Shown here: in pieces, positions 10,320 through 20,502 of the stretch
How the letters are laid out: the number at the start of each line of letters is the position of its first letter
How positions within the stretch are numbered: the stretch's first letter is position 1
Source: Candidatus Dormiibacterota bacterium
GTDB taxonomy: Bacteria > Chloroflexota > Dormibacteria > Dormibacterales > Dormibacteraceae
Reading direction: 5' to 3'
Length of the DNA: 57,290 nucleotides
Assembly (NCBI GenBank): GCA_955652835.1
Contig: CATPBO010000139.1
Location: forward strand, 1-57,290
The notes under the pieces: generated by a model
Told to the model about the DNA's origin: nothing
What the model saw: only the letters and a program-made list of their open reading frames with translations
Databases searched by the model: none
Position numbers and translations under genes: made by a program

Positions 10320-11977
10320 GCTCATCGCGACTCCGGTATATCCCGCTGGGCGGCCTCGGCGAGGTCGGCATCAACATGTGGGCGCTGGAGTGGGAGGACA
10401 AGATCCTCGCTGTCGATGCAGGCCTCATGTTTCCGCAGGAAGACATGCCCGGCATCGACCTCGTGCTGCCAGACATCTCGTACCTGCTCCGCCAAGATCG
10501 CGAGGTGCTCGGCATCTTCCTCACGCACGGTCATGAGGATCACATCGGGGGCCTCCCGTACGCGCTGAAGAAAATCAACGTTCCGGTCTACGGCACGCGA
10601 CTGACGCTGGGACTGGTCAAGCCGAAGTTGAAGGAACACCGCTTTCTGCGCGAGGCCGATCTCCGCGAGGTGCGAGTTGGTGACACAGTGCAGCTCGGGC
10701 CGTTCAAGGTCGAGACCGTGGCTGTGTGTCACTCCATCCCAGACGCTGTTGCACTAGCCATCGACACCCCGGTTGGAAAGGTCATCTACACGAGTGACTT
10801 CAAGCTCGACCCCTCTCCACCGGACGGCCATCCCACGAACATGGCTCGCTTCAGAAGCCTCGGTGACGAAGGGGTGCTGCTCCTACTGAGTGACTCAACC
10901 AACGCCGAGCGCGCGGGTCGCTCAGGCTCCGAGCGGGACCTGCATGCGCCGCTGGAGCGGATCTTCAGCGAAGCCCCCGGTCGGATCGTGGTCGCCAACT
11001 TCGCCTCAAACATCCACCGCATCCAGCACCTGGTGCGGATGGCAATCCAGTTCGAGCGCCGGCTGGCAGTTGTCGGGCGCAGCCTTGAGACCAACTTCAA
11101 GACTGCGCGGGAGCTCGGCTTTCTCAAGGTTCCAGACGGCCTGACCGTTCCCCTCGACGAAATCGACAAGGTCCCGCCATCCAAGCTCATGCTGCTCACT
11201 GCCGGCAGCCAGGGCGAGCCGATGTCGGCACTGGCTCGCTTCGCCGCCCAACGCCATCCATTTGTGAATGTGGTGAAAGGCGATTGGGTGGTGATCTCCG
11301 CGCGGCCGATCCCCGGCAACGAACGGAGCGTCTACCAGACCGTAAACAACCTCTACCGCCACGGTGCAGCGAGGGTCCTCTACTCCGAGGTTGGCAACGT
11401 ACACGTGACCGGCCACGCACAGCGTGATGAGCTGCGCGAGATGCTCGACGCGGTCCGTCCGCGAAACTTCATCCCGGTGCATGGGGAGTATCGGCAGCTG
11501 CTCCTCCATTCGGAGATCGCTCGCGAGGCGGGTATCGCCGAAGATCGCATCATCGTCGTCGAGGACGGTGAAACCGTTGAGCTCGACGCAAAATCGATCA
11601 AGCGCGGCGAGAAGATCGCCACGGGCCTCATCTATGTCGACGGCCTCGGCGTGGGGGACGTCGAACAGGTCGTGCTGCGCGATCGCCGCCACCTGGCCGA
11701 GGACGGCATCCTGGTCGTGACGCTGACCCTGGACCGCGACGAGGGCACCGTCCGCGCAGGGCCGGACCTCATCTCGCGCGGGGTGATCGAGCCGGAGCTT
11801 TCGGCCAAGCTGATGGCAGATGCGCGAGTCGCGGTGATGCAGAGCATCGGGCGCCTCGCCGAGACGCATGCGGACATCAACTTGCTGAAGGAGGCCATCC
11901 ACGACGCGGTCTCCAAGACCGTTTGGCGTCAGACTCGACGCCGGCCCATGGTGATCCCCGTCGTAACCGAAATATGA
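10316..11977 (+). CDS. rnj: Ribonuclease J (metallo-beta-lactamase / beta-CASP)
   Basis: 'THGHEDHIGGLPY', 'SDSTNAER', 'HVTGHAQRDEL', 'PVHGEYR'. The GTGA start overlaps the UDG stop. Confidence 0.9.
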   Translation: MSSSRLRYIPLGGLGEVGINMWALEWEDKILAVDAGLMFPQEDMPGIDLVLPDISYLLRQDREVLGIFLTHGHEDHIGGLPYALKKINVPVYGTRLTLGLVKPKLKEHRFLREADLREVRVGDTVQLGPFKVETVAVCHSIPDAVALAIDTPVGKVIYTSDFKLDPSPPDGHPTNMARFRSLGDEGVLLLLSDSTNAERAGRSGSERDLHAPLERIFSEAPGRIVVANFASNIHRIQHLVRMAIQFERRLAVVGRSLETNFKTARELGFLKVPDGLTVPLDEIDKVPPSKLMLLTAGSQGEPMSALARFAAQRHPFVNVVKGDWVVISARPIPGNERSVYQTVNNLYRHGAARVLYSEVGNVHVTGHAQRDELREMLDAVRPRNFIPVHGEYRQLLLHSEIAREAGIAEDRIIVVEDGETVELDAKSIKRGEKIATGLIYVDGLGVGDVEQVVLRDRRHLAEDGILVVTLTLDRDEGTVRAGPDLISRGVIEPELSAKLMADARVAVMQSIGRLAETHADINLLKEAIHDAVSKTVWRQTRRRPMVIPVVTEI

Positions 11978-12276
11978 AGCTTCCACCGCTCGCGCTTGTC
12001 GCCCCGAGCCTGTGCCCGCGCTGCGATCAGCCCGCCATGGTGCTGAACCATGCCGAGGAGTCGCGCTGTGCCCACTGCGGCCTGCAGCTCCACCAGTGCG
12101 GCAGCTGCCGGGGCATGGCGGGCCCATTCGACCGGTACTGCGGCTTCTGCGGCCACGAGATGGTGCAGGGGGACAAAAGACCGCTCTGGTGGCGGCTGTG
12201 GTTCCTCGCGGCGCTGATCCCACTGATCGGTGGATTGATCTATGGAATCGCGCAGGCACAGGGGCACCCCCGCTAG
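11974..12276 (+). CDS. Small double zinc-ribbon protein with a C-terminal TM helix (hypothetical)
   Basis: ATG 11974 overlaps the rnj stop (ATGA). It has CPRC...CAHC and CGSC...CGFC pairs, followed by 'LWWRLWFLAALIPLIGGLIYGI'. Confidence 0.55.
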   Translation: MKLPPLALVAPSLCPRCDQPAMVLNHAEESRCAHCGLQLHQCGSCRGMAGPFDRYCGFCGHEMVQGDKRPLWWRLWFLAALIPLIGGLIYGIAQAQGHPR

Positions 12277-12283
12277 AGAGCCC

Positions 12284-12580
12284 TTATCGGTTAAGGCGCT
12301 GTCCGCACTCGACGCAGAAGCTGTGCCGGCCCAGGTTGTGGTGGCCGCAGGACGGGCAGACGAGGCGGCGCGGCGGATCCGCCTGCAGCCAGCGCTCATT
12401 TTCGCGGCGGTACCAGATGCCGTCCTCCGGTCCGAGAATCCAGCGGCGCCCCTCGCTGTCGAGGACGGCAAGGTCCCTGACCGCCACCCTGAACGCTCGG
12501 GGCAGGATGCCCCCGGCGTTCCGCTCTTCGACGAGCGATCGATAGCGGATCTCGGCTTCGGAGAACGGATCGACTGCCAC
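12284..12580 (-). CDS. Zinc-ribbon domain protein (hypothetical)
   Basis: 98-aa ORF with strong GC3 bias. The C-terminus reads 'CPSCGHHNLGRHSFCVECGQRL'. It is convergent with the previous gene. Confidence 0.55.
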   Translation of the reverse strand: MAVDPFSEAEIRYRSLVEERNAGGILPRAFRVAVRDLAVLDSEGRRWILGPEDGIWYRRENERWLQADPPRRLVCPSCGHHNLGRHSFCVECGQRLNR

Positions 12581-12665
12581 GCGGAGAGTATCGCTCGCAG
12601 CGCCTGGCGGAATTGGGTTCTGGGAGGGGCGGTGTAGAATCCGCTACGGCTCAAGGGGCCGCAGC

Positions 12666-14954
12666 ATGCGTCGCACCACATCCCGAGGCTCAAGACATTC
12701 AGGTAGCCGCGCCCGCCGCGTTGTGCGCCCTGCGCGCTCGCGCGTTGCGCGGAGCAAACGCGCCGCCCGGCCGCACCTCACTCAGCGCCAGGGCCGCGAG
12801 ATCACCGGTGTTCTGCTGATTCTCGTCGCCCTGTTGGGCCTCCTGGCTCTGGCGAGCAGCGCCGGCTCGATCCTGCTCGGCATCCGCGATTGGCTCGTCT
12901 CGACGTTCGACCGGGCGTGGTTCGTGCCTGTCGGTTCGGCGCTGGGGCTCGGCGCATACCTTCTCTGGCCGAAAGCACCGCCACCGCGACCCGTCGACGT
13001 CGTCTCGGGGGCAGTCGCGGTCATCGCTCTCGTTGGCATATTCGGCCTGGTCGGCCATGGTGGATCGGCGGGCCACGCGATCGACCACTCTGTGATCCAG
13101 GTGGTCGGCACTCCTGGAGCCTGGGTCCTGCTCGTTGCGCTGATGGTGATCGGGCTCATCGTCACTGTTCACTTCAGCCCAGGCGCGCTGCTCGCGACCG
13201 TGGTCGCCGCCGGCCGGACCGCGTACGCGGAGCGCCTGCGGCTCCAGAACCTGGTCTCGCCACCGTTGCCTGTGAAAGGCAAAGCGCCAAAGCCCGCGCC
13301 CGCCACCAACGACGAGCTCGCGAAGTCCGCCGCCAGCTTCGCAACGCCCCCTCCGGCGCTCGGGCCGCCCAGGCCTTGGGAGGTCGAAGAACCGATCGAG
13401 CCGCGCGCCGCGAAAGCGATCAACAAGGGCGAATCCGAGGACCCGGACGAGGAACCCGCGGCGCCGCCTTCGCTGCGCGTGGTCGCCGAGCTCGAGGATG
13501 ACCTGCCCGAGATCGATTGGAAGCTGCCCTCGATCGCGCTGCTGGACACGGTTACCGCTCGGCGCGAGCGGATGGCCGATGAGATCAAGCGCAACGTAAG
13601 GATCATCGAGACCACGCTCGGCACGTTCGGAGTCGAATGCAAGGTGGTGGGTGTTAACCCGGGCCCGGCGGTCACGCAGTACGAGATCCAACCTGGCGCC
13701 GGAGTCCAGGTGAAGCGGATCACGGCCTTGCAGAACGACCTGTCCCTCGCCCTGGCCGCGGCGCCGCTGCGCATCGAAGCCCCCATCCCGGGCAAGTCCG
13801 CGGTCGGCATTGAGGTCCCCAACAAGTCGGCGAGCCTGGTCACCATCCGCGAGGTGCTCGAGACAGCCGCATTCCGCGAAGGCACGCGCACGTTGGCGCT
13901 CGGCCTTGGCAACGACGTCTCGGGTGCGTCGATCGTTGCCGACCTGACGCGCATGCCGCACCTGCTCATTGCCGGCGCGACTGGTCAGGGCAAGAGCGTG
14001 TGCATCAACGCATTGATCACCAGCCTCCTGTTCCAGGTCACCCCAGAGCACATGCGGCTTTTGCTCATCGACCCCAAGCGCGTCGAGCTGACTGGATACA
14101 ACGGGCTGCCGCACCTGGCGCTGCCGGTCCTCGTCGAGTCACATCAGGCGGCCGCGGCGCTGCGCTGGGCGGTTGCCGAGATGGATCGACGGTACAAGAT
14201 GTTCTCCGCAGAGGGCGTGCGCAACATCGCCGCGTACAACGAGAAGGCGACGCTACGCAGCGCGCGGCGGCTGCCATACATCGTGATCGTGATCGACGAG
14301 CTCGCCGACCTGATGATGGTCGCGGCAGGTGAGATAGAAGAGCTCATCTGCCGCATCGCGCAGCTGGCCCGAGCAGTCGGCATACACCTCGTCATCGCGA
14401 CGCAGCGCCCCTCAACCGACATCATCACGGGTCTGATCAAGGCCAACATCCCGTCGCGCATCGCGTTCGCCGTCGGTTCGCAGGTGGACAGTCGCGTGAT
14501 CCTCGACACCGGCGGAGCCGAGAAGCTGCTTGGTCGCGGCGACATGCTCTACCAGCCGGTCGATGCCGGCAAACCGACACGAATCCAGGGCGCGTTCGTC
14601 AGCGATCCGGAGGTTGAGGCAGTCGTCAACTTCTGGAAGTCGCAGGGGAGACCGCGCTACATGGAGGAGATCCTCGAAGAGGGCGCCGGCTCGGAGTGGG
14701 AGAGAGGGGAGATCATCGAGCGCAAGCTCGACCCGCTCTTCGCACGTTCCGCGCGGGCGGTGGCAGCTGAAGGCTCCGCTTCGGTCTCGCTGGTGCAGCG
14801 CAAGTTCAATGTCGGCTACTCGCGGGCGGGCCGCATCGTCGACCAGCTCGCCGAGCACCGTGTCGTCGGCAGCTACCAGGGATCGAAGTCGCGAGAGGTG
14901 CTGATGACCTTGCCTGACGTCGATGAGCTCCTGGAGCGACTGGGCATCGAATGA
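12666..14954 (+). CDS. ftsK: DNA translocase FtsK/SpoIIIE
   Basis: Arg-rich N-terminus, 4 TM helices and a Pro-rich linker. The motor domain has 'HLLIAGATGQGKSV' (Walker A) and 'IVIDELADLMM' (Walker B). The gamma winged-helix domain is 'SASVSLVQRKFNVGYSRAGRIVDQL'. Confidence 0.95.
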   Translation: MRRTTSRGSRHSGSRARRVVRPARSRVARSKRAARPHLTQRQGREITGVLLILVALLGLLALASSAGSILLGIRDWLVSTFDRAWFVPVGSALGLGAYLLWPKAPPPRPVDVVSGAVAVIALVGIFGLVGHGGSAGHAIDHSVIQVVGTPGAWVLLVALMVIGLIVTVHFSPGALLATVVAAGRTAYAERLRLQNLVSPPLPVKGKAPKPAPATNDELAKSAASFATPPPALGPPRPWEVEEPIEPRAAKAINKGESEDPDEEPAAPPSLRVVAELEDDLPEIDWKLPSIALLDTVTARRERMADEIKRNVRIIETTLGTFGVECKVVGVNPGPAVTQYEIQPGAGVQVKRITALQNDLSLALAAAPLRIEAPIPGKSAVGIEVPNKSASLVTIREVLETAAFREGTRTLALGLGNDVSGASIVADLTRMPHLLIAGATGQGKSVCINALITSLLFQVTPEHMRLLLIDPKRVELTGYNGLPHLALPVLVESHQAAAALRWAVAEMDRRYKMFSAEGVRNIAAYNEKATLRSARRLPYIVIVIDELADLMMVAAGEIEELICRIAQLARAVGIHLVIATQRPSTDIITGLIKANIPSRIAFAVGSQVDSRVILDTGGAEKLLGRGDMLYQPVDAGKPTRIQGAFVSDPEVEAVVNFWKSQGRPRYMEEILEEGAGSEWERGEIIERKLDPLFARSARAVAAEGSASVSLVQRKFNVGYSRAGRIVDQLAEHRVVGSYQGSKSREVLMTLPDVDELLERLGIE

Positions 14955-15170
14955 GGAGTCAGTCGCGGCGATGACGCTCGGGTCGCGGCCGGGGATCCCC
15001 GACGGATCTTCGGCGCCCAGGCGTCCCATCTCCGGGTTCAGCTCCTGTGCTGCTCGCTCACGAATCGAGATGCGCTCGCTCCGCTGCTCGTCGCCACCAC
15101 TGGGGTCCCCGCGGCGCAGCCGCGGGAGGGCGCCCCTGGATCACCGAATCTCTCGCCGGGGCTCCCGGCC

Positions 15171-15869
15171 GTGACCCTCGGTGAGGTCCTTGCTGCCAAG
15201 CGCGGCGAGCGTGGCCTCACCATCGAGCAGGCGGCGACTGCGACCCGGATTCGCGCGCATTACCTGAGCGCCCTCGAATCCGACGAGCTGGAACGCCTGG
15301 TCGCGCCGGTCTACGCGAAGGGCCACCTCAGGACGTACGCGCGGTACCTCGGCCTCGACCCTGAACCGCTGCTCGAGCTGATGAAGACGGAGTCGCGAGA
15401 TCCGCGTCGCCAGCTCAGCATCGGGAAGCTCGTCACCAGACCTCGCATGGTCATCACCGCACCCGCGATCGCCGCCGCGGGACTGGTGATGCTCGCTGGA
15501 GCTTTCACAGGTTATGCATGGCGGCAGATCCAGTCAGACCAAAGGTCGCCTGCCACCACGCCTTCAGCGCAGCTGGCCGCGATCACACCACGCGGGACGC
15601 CGCTACCGTCGCCGACACCCCAGCTGCGCCCTATTGTCGTCGGCGTCAGGGTGACCGAAGAGGTTTGGATCAATGCATTCGTCGACGGCAGGCCGGCGTA
15701 CGCCGACGCCGGGAAGACACTCCCCGCCGGCTCGGTCGTGTACTTCAGTGGAGTCGACATCAAGATCACCAGCGGCAAAGCGTCGTCGACGTTCATCACC
15801 GTCGACGGGCGTGCGGTCGGAGCCCTGGGCATCGGAGTGGCAACGCGGGACTTCTCGTCGCAAACTTGA
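15171..15869 (+). CDS. rodZ: RodZ-like cytoskeleton protein (HTH, TM helix, DUF4115-like C-terminus)
   Basis: N-terminal XRE-type HTH 'LAAKRGERGLTIEQAATATRIRAHYLSALE', a single TM helix, a Pro/Thr linker and a beta-rich C-terminal domain. It occupies the position of B. subtilis ymfM, before pgsA. Confidence 0.65.
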   Translation: MTLGEVLAAKRGERGLTIEQAATATRIRAHYLSALESDELERLVAPVYAKGHLRTYARYLGLDPEPLLELMKTESRDPRRQLSIGKLVTRPRMVITAPAIAAAGLVMLAGAFTGYAWRQIQSDQRSPATTPSAQLAAITPRGTPLPSPTPQLRPIVVGVRVTEEVWINAFVDGRPAYADAGKTLPAGSVVYFSGVDIKITSGKASSTFITVDGRAVGALGIGVATRDFSSQT

Positions 15870-15882
15870 CGGTAGGTAGGCG

Positions 15883-17028
15883 ATGAACATCCCCAACGCC
15901 CTGACGCTGAGCCGGCTCGTGGCGATCCCGCCGCTGATGGTGCTTCTAATGGTGCGGTTCCCGGGTCACGACCAGCTGGCCGCGGCAATCTTCATCGTTT
16001 TCTCGCTCTCCGACAGCCTCGACGGGGAGATCGCGCGCCGGCGCGGCACGGTGAGCGACTTCGGAAAGTTCCTGGACCCGCTGGCGGACAAGCTATTCGT
16101 GCTGTCGGTGCTGATCGTGTTGGTTCAAGAAGGCCTTGTTGCGGCCTGGGTCGTGGTCGTCATCTTCTCGCGCGAGCTCATCATCACGATCCTGCGTTCG
16201 GTGGCCGCGGCACAAGGTCGGGTGATCCCGGCCGCTCCGCTGGGCAAGACCAAGACCGTCATGCAGATGAGCGCCGTCACGCTTCTCATCCTGCAGCGCC
16301 CATATCCGATCGCGGTTCCGTTTGCCGATCTCGTCGTCGGCTTGGCGATCGTCTTCACGATCTGGAGCGGCTTCGACTATCTCTGGCGCTTCCGCTACCT
16401 GATCAGCTCACGCTCTCCCAGTCGTGTCGCGCCGAGTGGGGGAGCGCCGGCGACAGACGAGGCCGGTTATGGGCTATCACGAGAGCTGGGCGACTTGTTG
16501 CGAAAAGGTGGGCTGACGGTCTCGGTCGCGGAGTCGTGCACAGGTGGCTTGGTCGGGAAGCTGATCACCGACCAGCCCGGAAGCTCCGCCTATTTTCTGG
16601 GTGGCGTGATCGCCTACTCGGACGAGGTGAAGCGCGAGCTGCTGGGCGTCGCGGCCGCAGTGCTCAAAAGAGCGGGCGCCGTCAGCAGTGAGGTTGCCCA
16701 GGCGATGGCGGACGGCGCCCGCTCGCGCTTTGCGACCGACCTGGCGGCAGGAGTGACGGGGATCGCCGGGCCCGACTCCGATGGGTCCGGCAAGCCGGTG
16801 GGCCTCACCTACGTCGCTGTCGCCTCGGCCCGCGGCACCGCGTCTCACGAATTCCGGTTCAGAGGCGATCGCTCGTCCAACCGCCGGCAGGCGGCGGAGG
16901 AGACGCTCCGACTGCTCGCGGAAGAAGCGCGCTTACTGGGAGCAATTACCTCCCCGCTCGCCGGGGAGGTCGGCGCGAAGCGCCGGGTGGGGGGACCCCC
17001 TTACGCAAAAGACGCGGAGACCGCTTGA
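15883..17028 (+). CDS. pgsA: Fusion of CDP-diacylglycerol--glycerol-3-phosphate 3-phosphatidyltransferase (PgsA) with the CinA C-terminal (PncC-type nicotinamide-nucleotide amidohydrolase) domain
   Basis: The N-terminal ~185 aa carry the CDP-alcohol phosphatidyltransferase motif 'DSLDGEIARRRGTVSDFGKFLDPLADK'. The C-terminal ~160 aa carry 'LTVSVAESCTGGLVGKLITDQPGSSAYFLGGVIAYS' and 'GVTGIAGP'. It is a single uninterrupted ORF. Confidence 0.85.
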   Translation: MNIPNALTLSRLVAIPPLMVLLMVRFPGHDQLAAAIFIVFSLSDSLDGEIARRRGTVSDFGKFLDPLADKLFVLSVLIVLVQEGLVAAWVVVVIFSRELIITILRSVAAAQGRVIPAAPLGKTKTVMQMSAVTLLILQRPYPIAVPFADLVVGLAIVFTIWSGFDYLWRFRYLISSRSPSRVAPSGGAPATDEAGYGLSRELGDLLRKGGLTVSVAESCTGGLVGKLITDQPGSSAYFLGGVIAYSDEVKRELLGVAAAVLKRAGAVSSEVAQAMADGARSRFATDLAAGVTGIAGPDSDGSGKPVGLTYVAVASARGTASHEFRFRGDRSSNRRQAAEETLRLLAEEARLLGAITSPLAGEVGAKRRVGGPPYAKDAETA

Positions 17029-17053
17029 CCGACGAACACTTGTTCGCTACACT
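17025..17053 (+). promoter_or_regulatory. recA promoter with a LexA (Cheo-type) box in the spacer
   Basis: TTGACC (17025-17030), then a 17-nt spacer, then TACACT (17048-17053). The spacer contains the perfect palindrome CGAACACTTGTTCG (17033-17046). Confidence 0.75.
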
Positions 17054-17138
17054 CACCAGCCACGGCCTGTTAACGACGTTGATTTCAGCTCCACGACGTA
17101 GAACACTCGCCGCAACCACCTAGGAGGCATGCACCACA

Positions 17139-18200
17139 TTGGAAAAGGAAAAAGAGAAGTCCCTCGACTCAGCGATGGCCCAGATCGTGAAGAGCTACGG
17201 CAAGGGTTCGATCATGAAGTTGGGTGAGCAGGCCGCCCTTCGCGGCGAGATCACGGTCATCCCGACCGGCGCCCTGCTGCTCGACCTCGCGCTCGGCGTA
17301 GGGGGGATCCCGCGCGGCCGCGTGACCGAGCTCTATGGCCCTGAGTCGGCGGGCAAGACCACGCTCGCCCTTCATGTGATCGCCGAAGCGCAAAAGCAGG
17401 GTGGGGTGGCCGCGTTTGTGGACGCGGAGCACGCCCTGGATCCCCTTTACGCCTCGCGCATCGGTGTGAAGATCGACGACCTGCTGATCAGCCAGCCTGA
17501 CACCGGCGAGCAGGCGCTCGAGATCGTCGAGGTCCTGGTTCGCTCAGGGGCGGTCGACGTCATCGTCATCGACTCGGTCGCCGCGCTGGTGCCGAAAGCG
17601 GAGATCGAAGGCGAGATGGGGGACGCACACGTGGGGCTGCAGGCCCGACTGATGTCGCAGGCGCTGCGCAAGCTGACCGCCGCGATCTCGAAGTCGAACT
17701 GCTCGGTCATCTTCCTCAACCAGCTGCGGGAGAAGGTTGGGATCATGTTCGGCAACCCCGAGACGCAGCCCGGAGGCCGTGCTCTCAAGTTCTACTCGTC
17801 GGTGCGGCTCGACATCCGCAAGGTCGAGGTCATCAAAGCGGGTCTCGACTCGGTCGGAGCTCGTGTCAAGGTCAAGGTCGTGAAGAACAAGGTCGCGCCA
17901 CCGTTCCGATCGGCCGAGTTCGACATTCTCTTCAACGAAGGCATCTCGCGTGAGGGGTCGCTGATCGACGCCGCGATCGAGTACGGGATCTTCGAGAAGA
18001 GCGGCACCTGGATGTCCTATGGAGACCAGCGCCTCGGCCAGGGTCGTGAAAACGTGCGCAACTACCTGCGCGAGAACCCCACTCTTGCCGGGGAGATCGA
18101 GGCCAAGGTCAGGGAGAAGGCTGCCGGCGGGACGGCGTCTGCGGTGATGAAGGCGGCCGGTGTCATGAGGGCTCCCACGGGTGCCGCGGAGGAGTTCTAG
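17139..18200 (+). CDS. recA: Recombinase RecA
   Basis: '[12 protein letters not shown]' (Walker A), '[10 protein letters not shown]', '[34 protein letters not shown]'. TTG is the first in-frame start after stop 17121-17123, and GGAGG lies at 17123-17127. Confidence 0.95.
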   Translation: MEKEKEKSLDSAMAQIVKSYGKGSIMKLGEQAALRGEITVIPTGALLLDLALGVGGIPRGRVTELYGPESAGKTTLALHVIAEAQKQGGVAAFVDAEHALDPLYASRIGVKIDDLLISQPDTGEQALEIVEVLVRSGAVDVIVIDSVAALVPKAEIEGEMGDAHVGLQARLMSQALRKLTAAISKSNCSVIFLNQLREKVGIMFGNPETQPGGRALKFYSSVRLDIRKVEVIKAGLDSVGARVKVKVVKNKVAPPFRSAEFDILFNEGISREGSLIDAAIEYGIFEKSGTWMSYGDQRLGQGRENVRNYLRENPTLAGEIEAKVREKAAGGTASAVMKAAGVMRAPTGAAEEF

Positions 18201-18690
18201 AGGCTCAGGCCCGACCAAGCCCACCGTCGGCGCCCTCGACGCCGGATTGCGCCTTCTCGCTAGGAGAGCGCACTCTCGGACCGAGCTGCGCCGCAAGCTT
18301 GGCCGGCGGGGTTACTCCTCCGGCGAAACCGAGGCGGCGATGGCCCGGCTTGATGAGCTCGGCTACCTGGATGACAGGTCGTTTGCGGAAGGCCTGGTCA
18401 GGCGCCGCGCCGCACTACGCGGGCCAATGGCGCTCTCCGCGGAGCTCGCCGCACGCGGCGTCGGCCGGGCGCAGGCGGACGCCGCGCTCGCCGGCTTCGA
18501 CCACGACGCCCAGCTCGCGTCCGCCACCCGGCTGGCCGAACGCCTGTACGCGAGGCAGCCAGGCCTGGCCTATCGGGAGATGCTTAACGGGATCGGCTCC
18601 AAGCTGATGCGCCGCGGTTTCTCAAGCACGATCGTTCGCGCAGCGTGCTGGTCGGTGCTAACCGGAACGCAGGAGCACACCGAAGCCTAG
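18181..18690 (+). CDS. recX: RecA regulator RecX
   Basis: It sits directly after and overlaps recA. It has repeated three-helix modules ('[18 protein letters not shown]', '[20 protein letters not shown]'). The start is uncertain. Confidence 0.75.
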   Translation: MPRRSSRGSGPTKPTVGALDAGLRLLARRAHSRTELRRKLGRRGYSSGETEAAMARLDELGYLDDRSFAEGLVRRRAALRGPMALSAELAARGVGRAQADAALAGFDHDAQLASATRLAERLYARQPGLAYREMLNGIGSKLMRRGFSSTIVRAACWSVLTGTQEHTEA

Positions 18691-18803
18691 AATTTGACAT
18701 CACACGGGCCTGCGAATTTCGCGCCCGTAAGTCATTGAGCAAACCCGACGCGGGGCCTCGAACGCCCTGCATTGGATCCGCACTTTGACAATCGAATAAC
18801 GAG

Positions 18804-20351
18804 GTGCATGTCATGCCTACGTACGTCTATGTCTTGTTAGCAGTATTCGTGGTGGTGGCACTCCTCATCGGTTTTGGAGTGGCTTACCTGCTGCTCCGGA
18901 GCCGGCAGGGCGAAGGGACCAGCGCTCTGGAGCTCAAAGCCCAGCAGACGGTTTCCGAGGCCGAAACCCAGGCCAAGGAGAAGCTGCTCGAAGCCAAAGA
19001 GGAAGCGGTCAAGATCCGCACCACCGCCGAACAGGAAGCCCGCGAGTATCGGGCACAGTCTCAGCAGATCGAAAAGCGCCTTCTTCAAAAGGAGGAGAAC
19101 CTCGACCGCAAGGGCGAGGATCTCAACCGGCGCGAGCGCGAGCTCGGCGGCAAGGAGAAGTCGCTGGACGAAGTCCGAGCGCAGCTGGAGGACACCTACC
19201 GCCAGCAGGAAAAGGAGCTGCAGCGGGTCGCCAACATGACCCGTCAGGAAGCTCAGGGGATCCTGATGGGACAGGTGGAACAGGACCTGCGCAACGAAGT
19301 GGCCCGCAAGGTACGCGAAGCGGAGCTAGCAGCTCGCGACGAAAGCGAGCGCCGCGCCAGGGAGATCGTCACGGAGTCGATCCAGCGCATCGCCGCCGAC
19401 CAGACCGCCGAGGTCTCGGTTTCGGTGCTGCCGCTGCCGACGGACGAGCTCAAGGGCCGCATCATCGGCAAGGAAGGGCGCAACATCCGTGCCCTCCAGC
19501 AGGCGACCGGGATCGACCTCATCGTTGACGACACCCCGGAAGCCGTCATCATCAGCGGCTTCGACCCCGTCCGCCGGGAGGTGGCGCGGGTCGCGCTGAA
19601 CAAGCTCATCGTGGACGGCCGGATCCATCCGGCCCGCATCGAAGAGATCGTCGCCAAGTCCCGGACGGAAGTCCTCCAACGGGTTAAGGAAGAGGGAGAG
19701 GCGGCGGTCCTGGAGGTCGGCCTGCAGGGACTCCATCCCGAGGTCGTCCGCCATCTGGGCATCCTGCGTTTCCGTACCAGCTACGGGCAGCAGGTGCTGA
19801 ATCACTCGAAAGAGGTCGCTTATCTCGCCGCCATGATGGCGTCGGAGATCGGCGCCGACGTCCGCATCGCCAAGCTGTCGGGTCTTCTGCACGACATCGG
19901 CAAGGCCATCGACCACGAGGTTGAGGGCTCGCACGCCGTGATCGGTGCGGACCTGCTGCAGCGACATGGGGTACCCGCCCCGGTCGTGCACGCGGTGCGG
20001 GCTCATCACTACGACGAGGAGCCGCACAGCATTGAGGCGCTCTTGCTGATCGCGGCCGACGCCATCTCCGCTGCCCGCCCGGGGGCGCGCAGGGAGTCGC
20101 TGGAGGCCTACGTCAAGCGGTTGGAAAAGCTGGAGGAGATCGCGAATTCCTTCCAGGGCGTCCAGCAGTCCTACGCCATCCAGGCCGGCCGCGAGGTCCG
20201 GATCCTGGTCAAACCGGAGCAGATCGACGACACCGCCGCTCAGCTCATGGCTCGGGACATCGCAAAGCGCATTGAAAGCGAGCTCAGTTTCCCAGGCCAG
20301 ATCCGCGTCACCGTGGTGCGCGAGACGAGGGCCATCGAATACGCGAAATAG
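18804..20351 (+). CDS. rny: Ribonuclease Y
   Basis: N-terminal TM helix, a long coiled coil, KH ('[26 protein letters not shown]') and HD domain ('[12 protein letters not shown]'). ATG 18813 is an alternative start. Confidence 0.95.
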   Translation: MHVMPTYVYVLLAVFVVVALLIGFGVAYLLLRSRQGEGTSALELKAQQTVSEAETQAKEKLLEAKEEAVKIRTTAEQEAREYRAQSQQIEKRLLQKEENLDRKGEDLNRRERELGGKEKSLDEVRAQLEDTYRQQEKELQRVANMTRQEAQGILMGQVEQDLRNEVARKVREAELAARDESERRAREIVTESIQRIAADQTAEVSVSVLPLPTDELKGRIIGKEGRNIRALQQATGIDLIVDDTPEAVIISGFDPVRREVARVALNKLIVDGRIHPARIEEIVAKSRTEVLQRVKEEGEAAVLEVGLQGLHPEVVRHLGILRFRTSYGQQVLNHSKEVAYLAAMMASEIGADVRIAKLSGLLHDIGKAIDHEVEGSHAVIGADLLQRHGVPAPVVHAVRAHHYDEEPHSIEALLLIAADAISAARPGARRESLEAYVKRLEKLEEIANSFQGVQQSYAIQAGREVRILVKPEQIDDTAAQLMARDIAKRIESELSFPGQIRVTVVRETRAIEYAK

Positions 20352-20356
20352 CCTTC

Positions 20357-20392
20357 AAAGGGAGTCCCGACTCGGGACTCCCTTTTCTGTTT
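20357..20392 (+). terminator. Rho-independent terminator after rny
   Basis: AAAGGGAGTCCCGA-C-TCGGGACTCCCTTT, an 11-bp GC stem flanked by A/T runs, followed by TTTTCTGTTT. Confidence 0.7.
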
Positions 20393-20445
20393 CCCGCTAG
20401 CCTTGATGCCAGCGTGGCTGACGAGTTCCGAATCCTATTTCCACA

Positions 20446-20475
20446 CCACGAAATCTTCGATTTCGCGGGGACCCC
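20446..20475 (+). repeat. Short, loop-deleted copy of the dispersed palindromic intergenic repeat
   Basis: CCACGAAATC-TTC-GATTTCGCGGGGACCCC. The arms and the GGGGnCCCC tail are shared with the copies at 22863, 29124 and 51538-51639. Confidence 0.6.
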
Positions 20476-20502
20476 GGAGTACCGTCCCGGCAGGAGAACC
20501 TG

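Noticed and set aside
14955-15170. A 216-nt GC-rich gap between ftsK and the rodZ-like gene, with small ORFs (14923..15174+, 15038..15223-).
   Set aside because: The translations are low-complexity (Ser/Arg/Pro), and there are no motifs, no RBS, and no convincing structure or repeat. It is left unannotated.
17129-17138. ATG 17129, closer to the recA Shine-Dalgarno than TTG 17139.
   Set aside because: It is out of frame with the RecA sequence and terminates after about 30 codons. TTG 17139 is the first in-frame start after the stop at 17121-17123.
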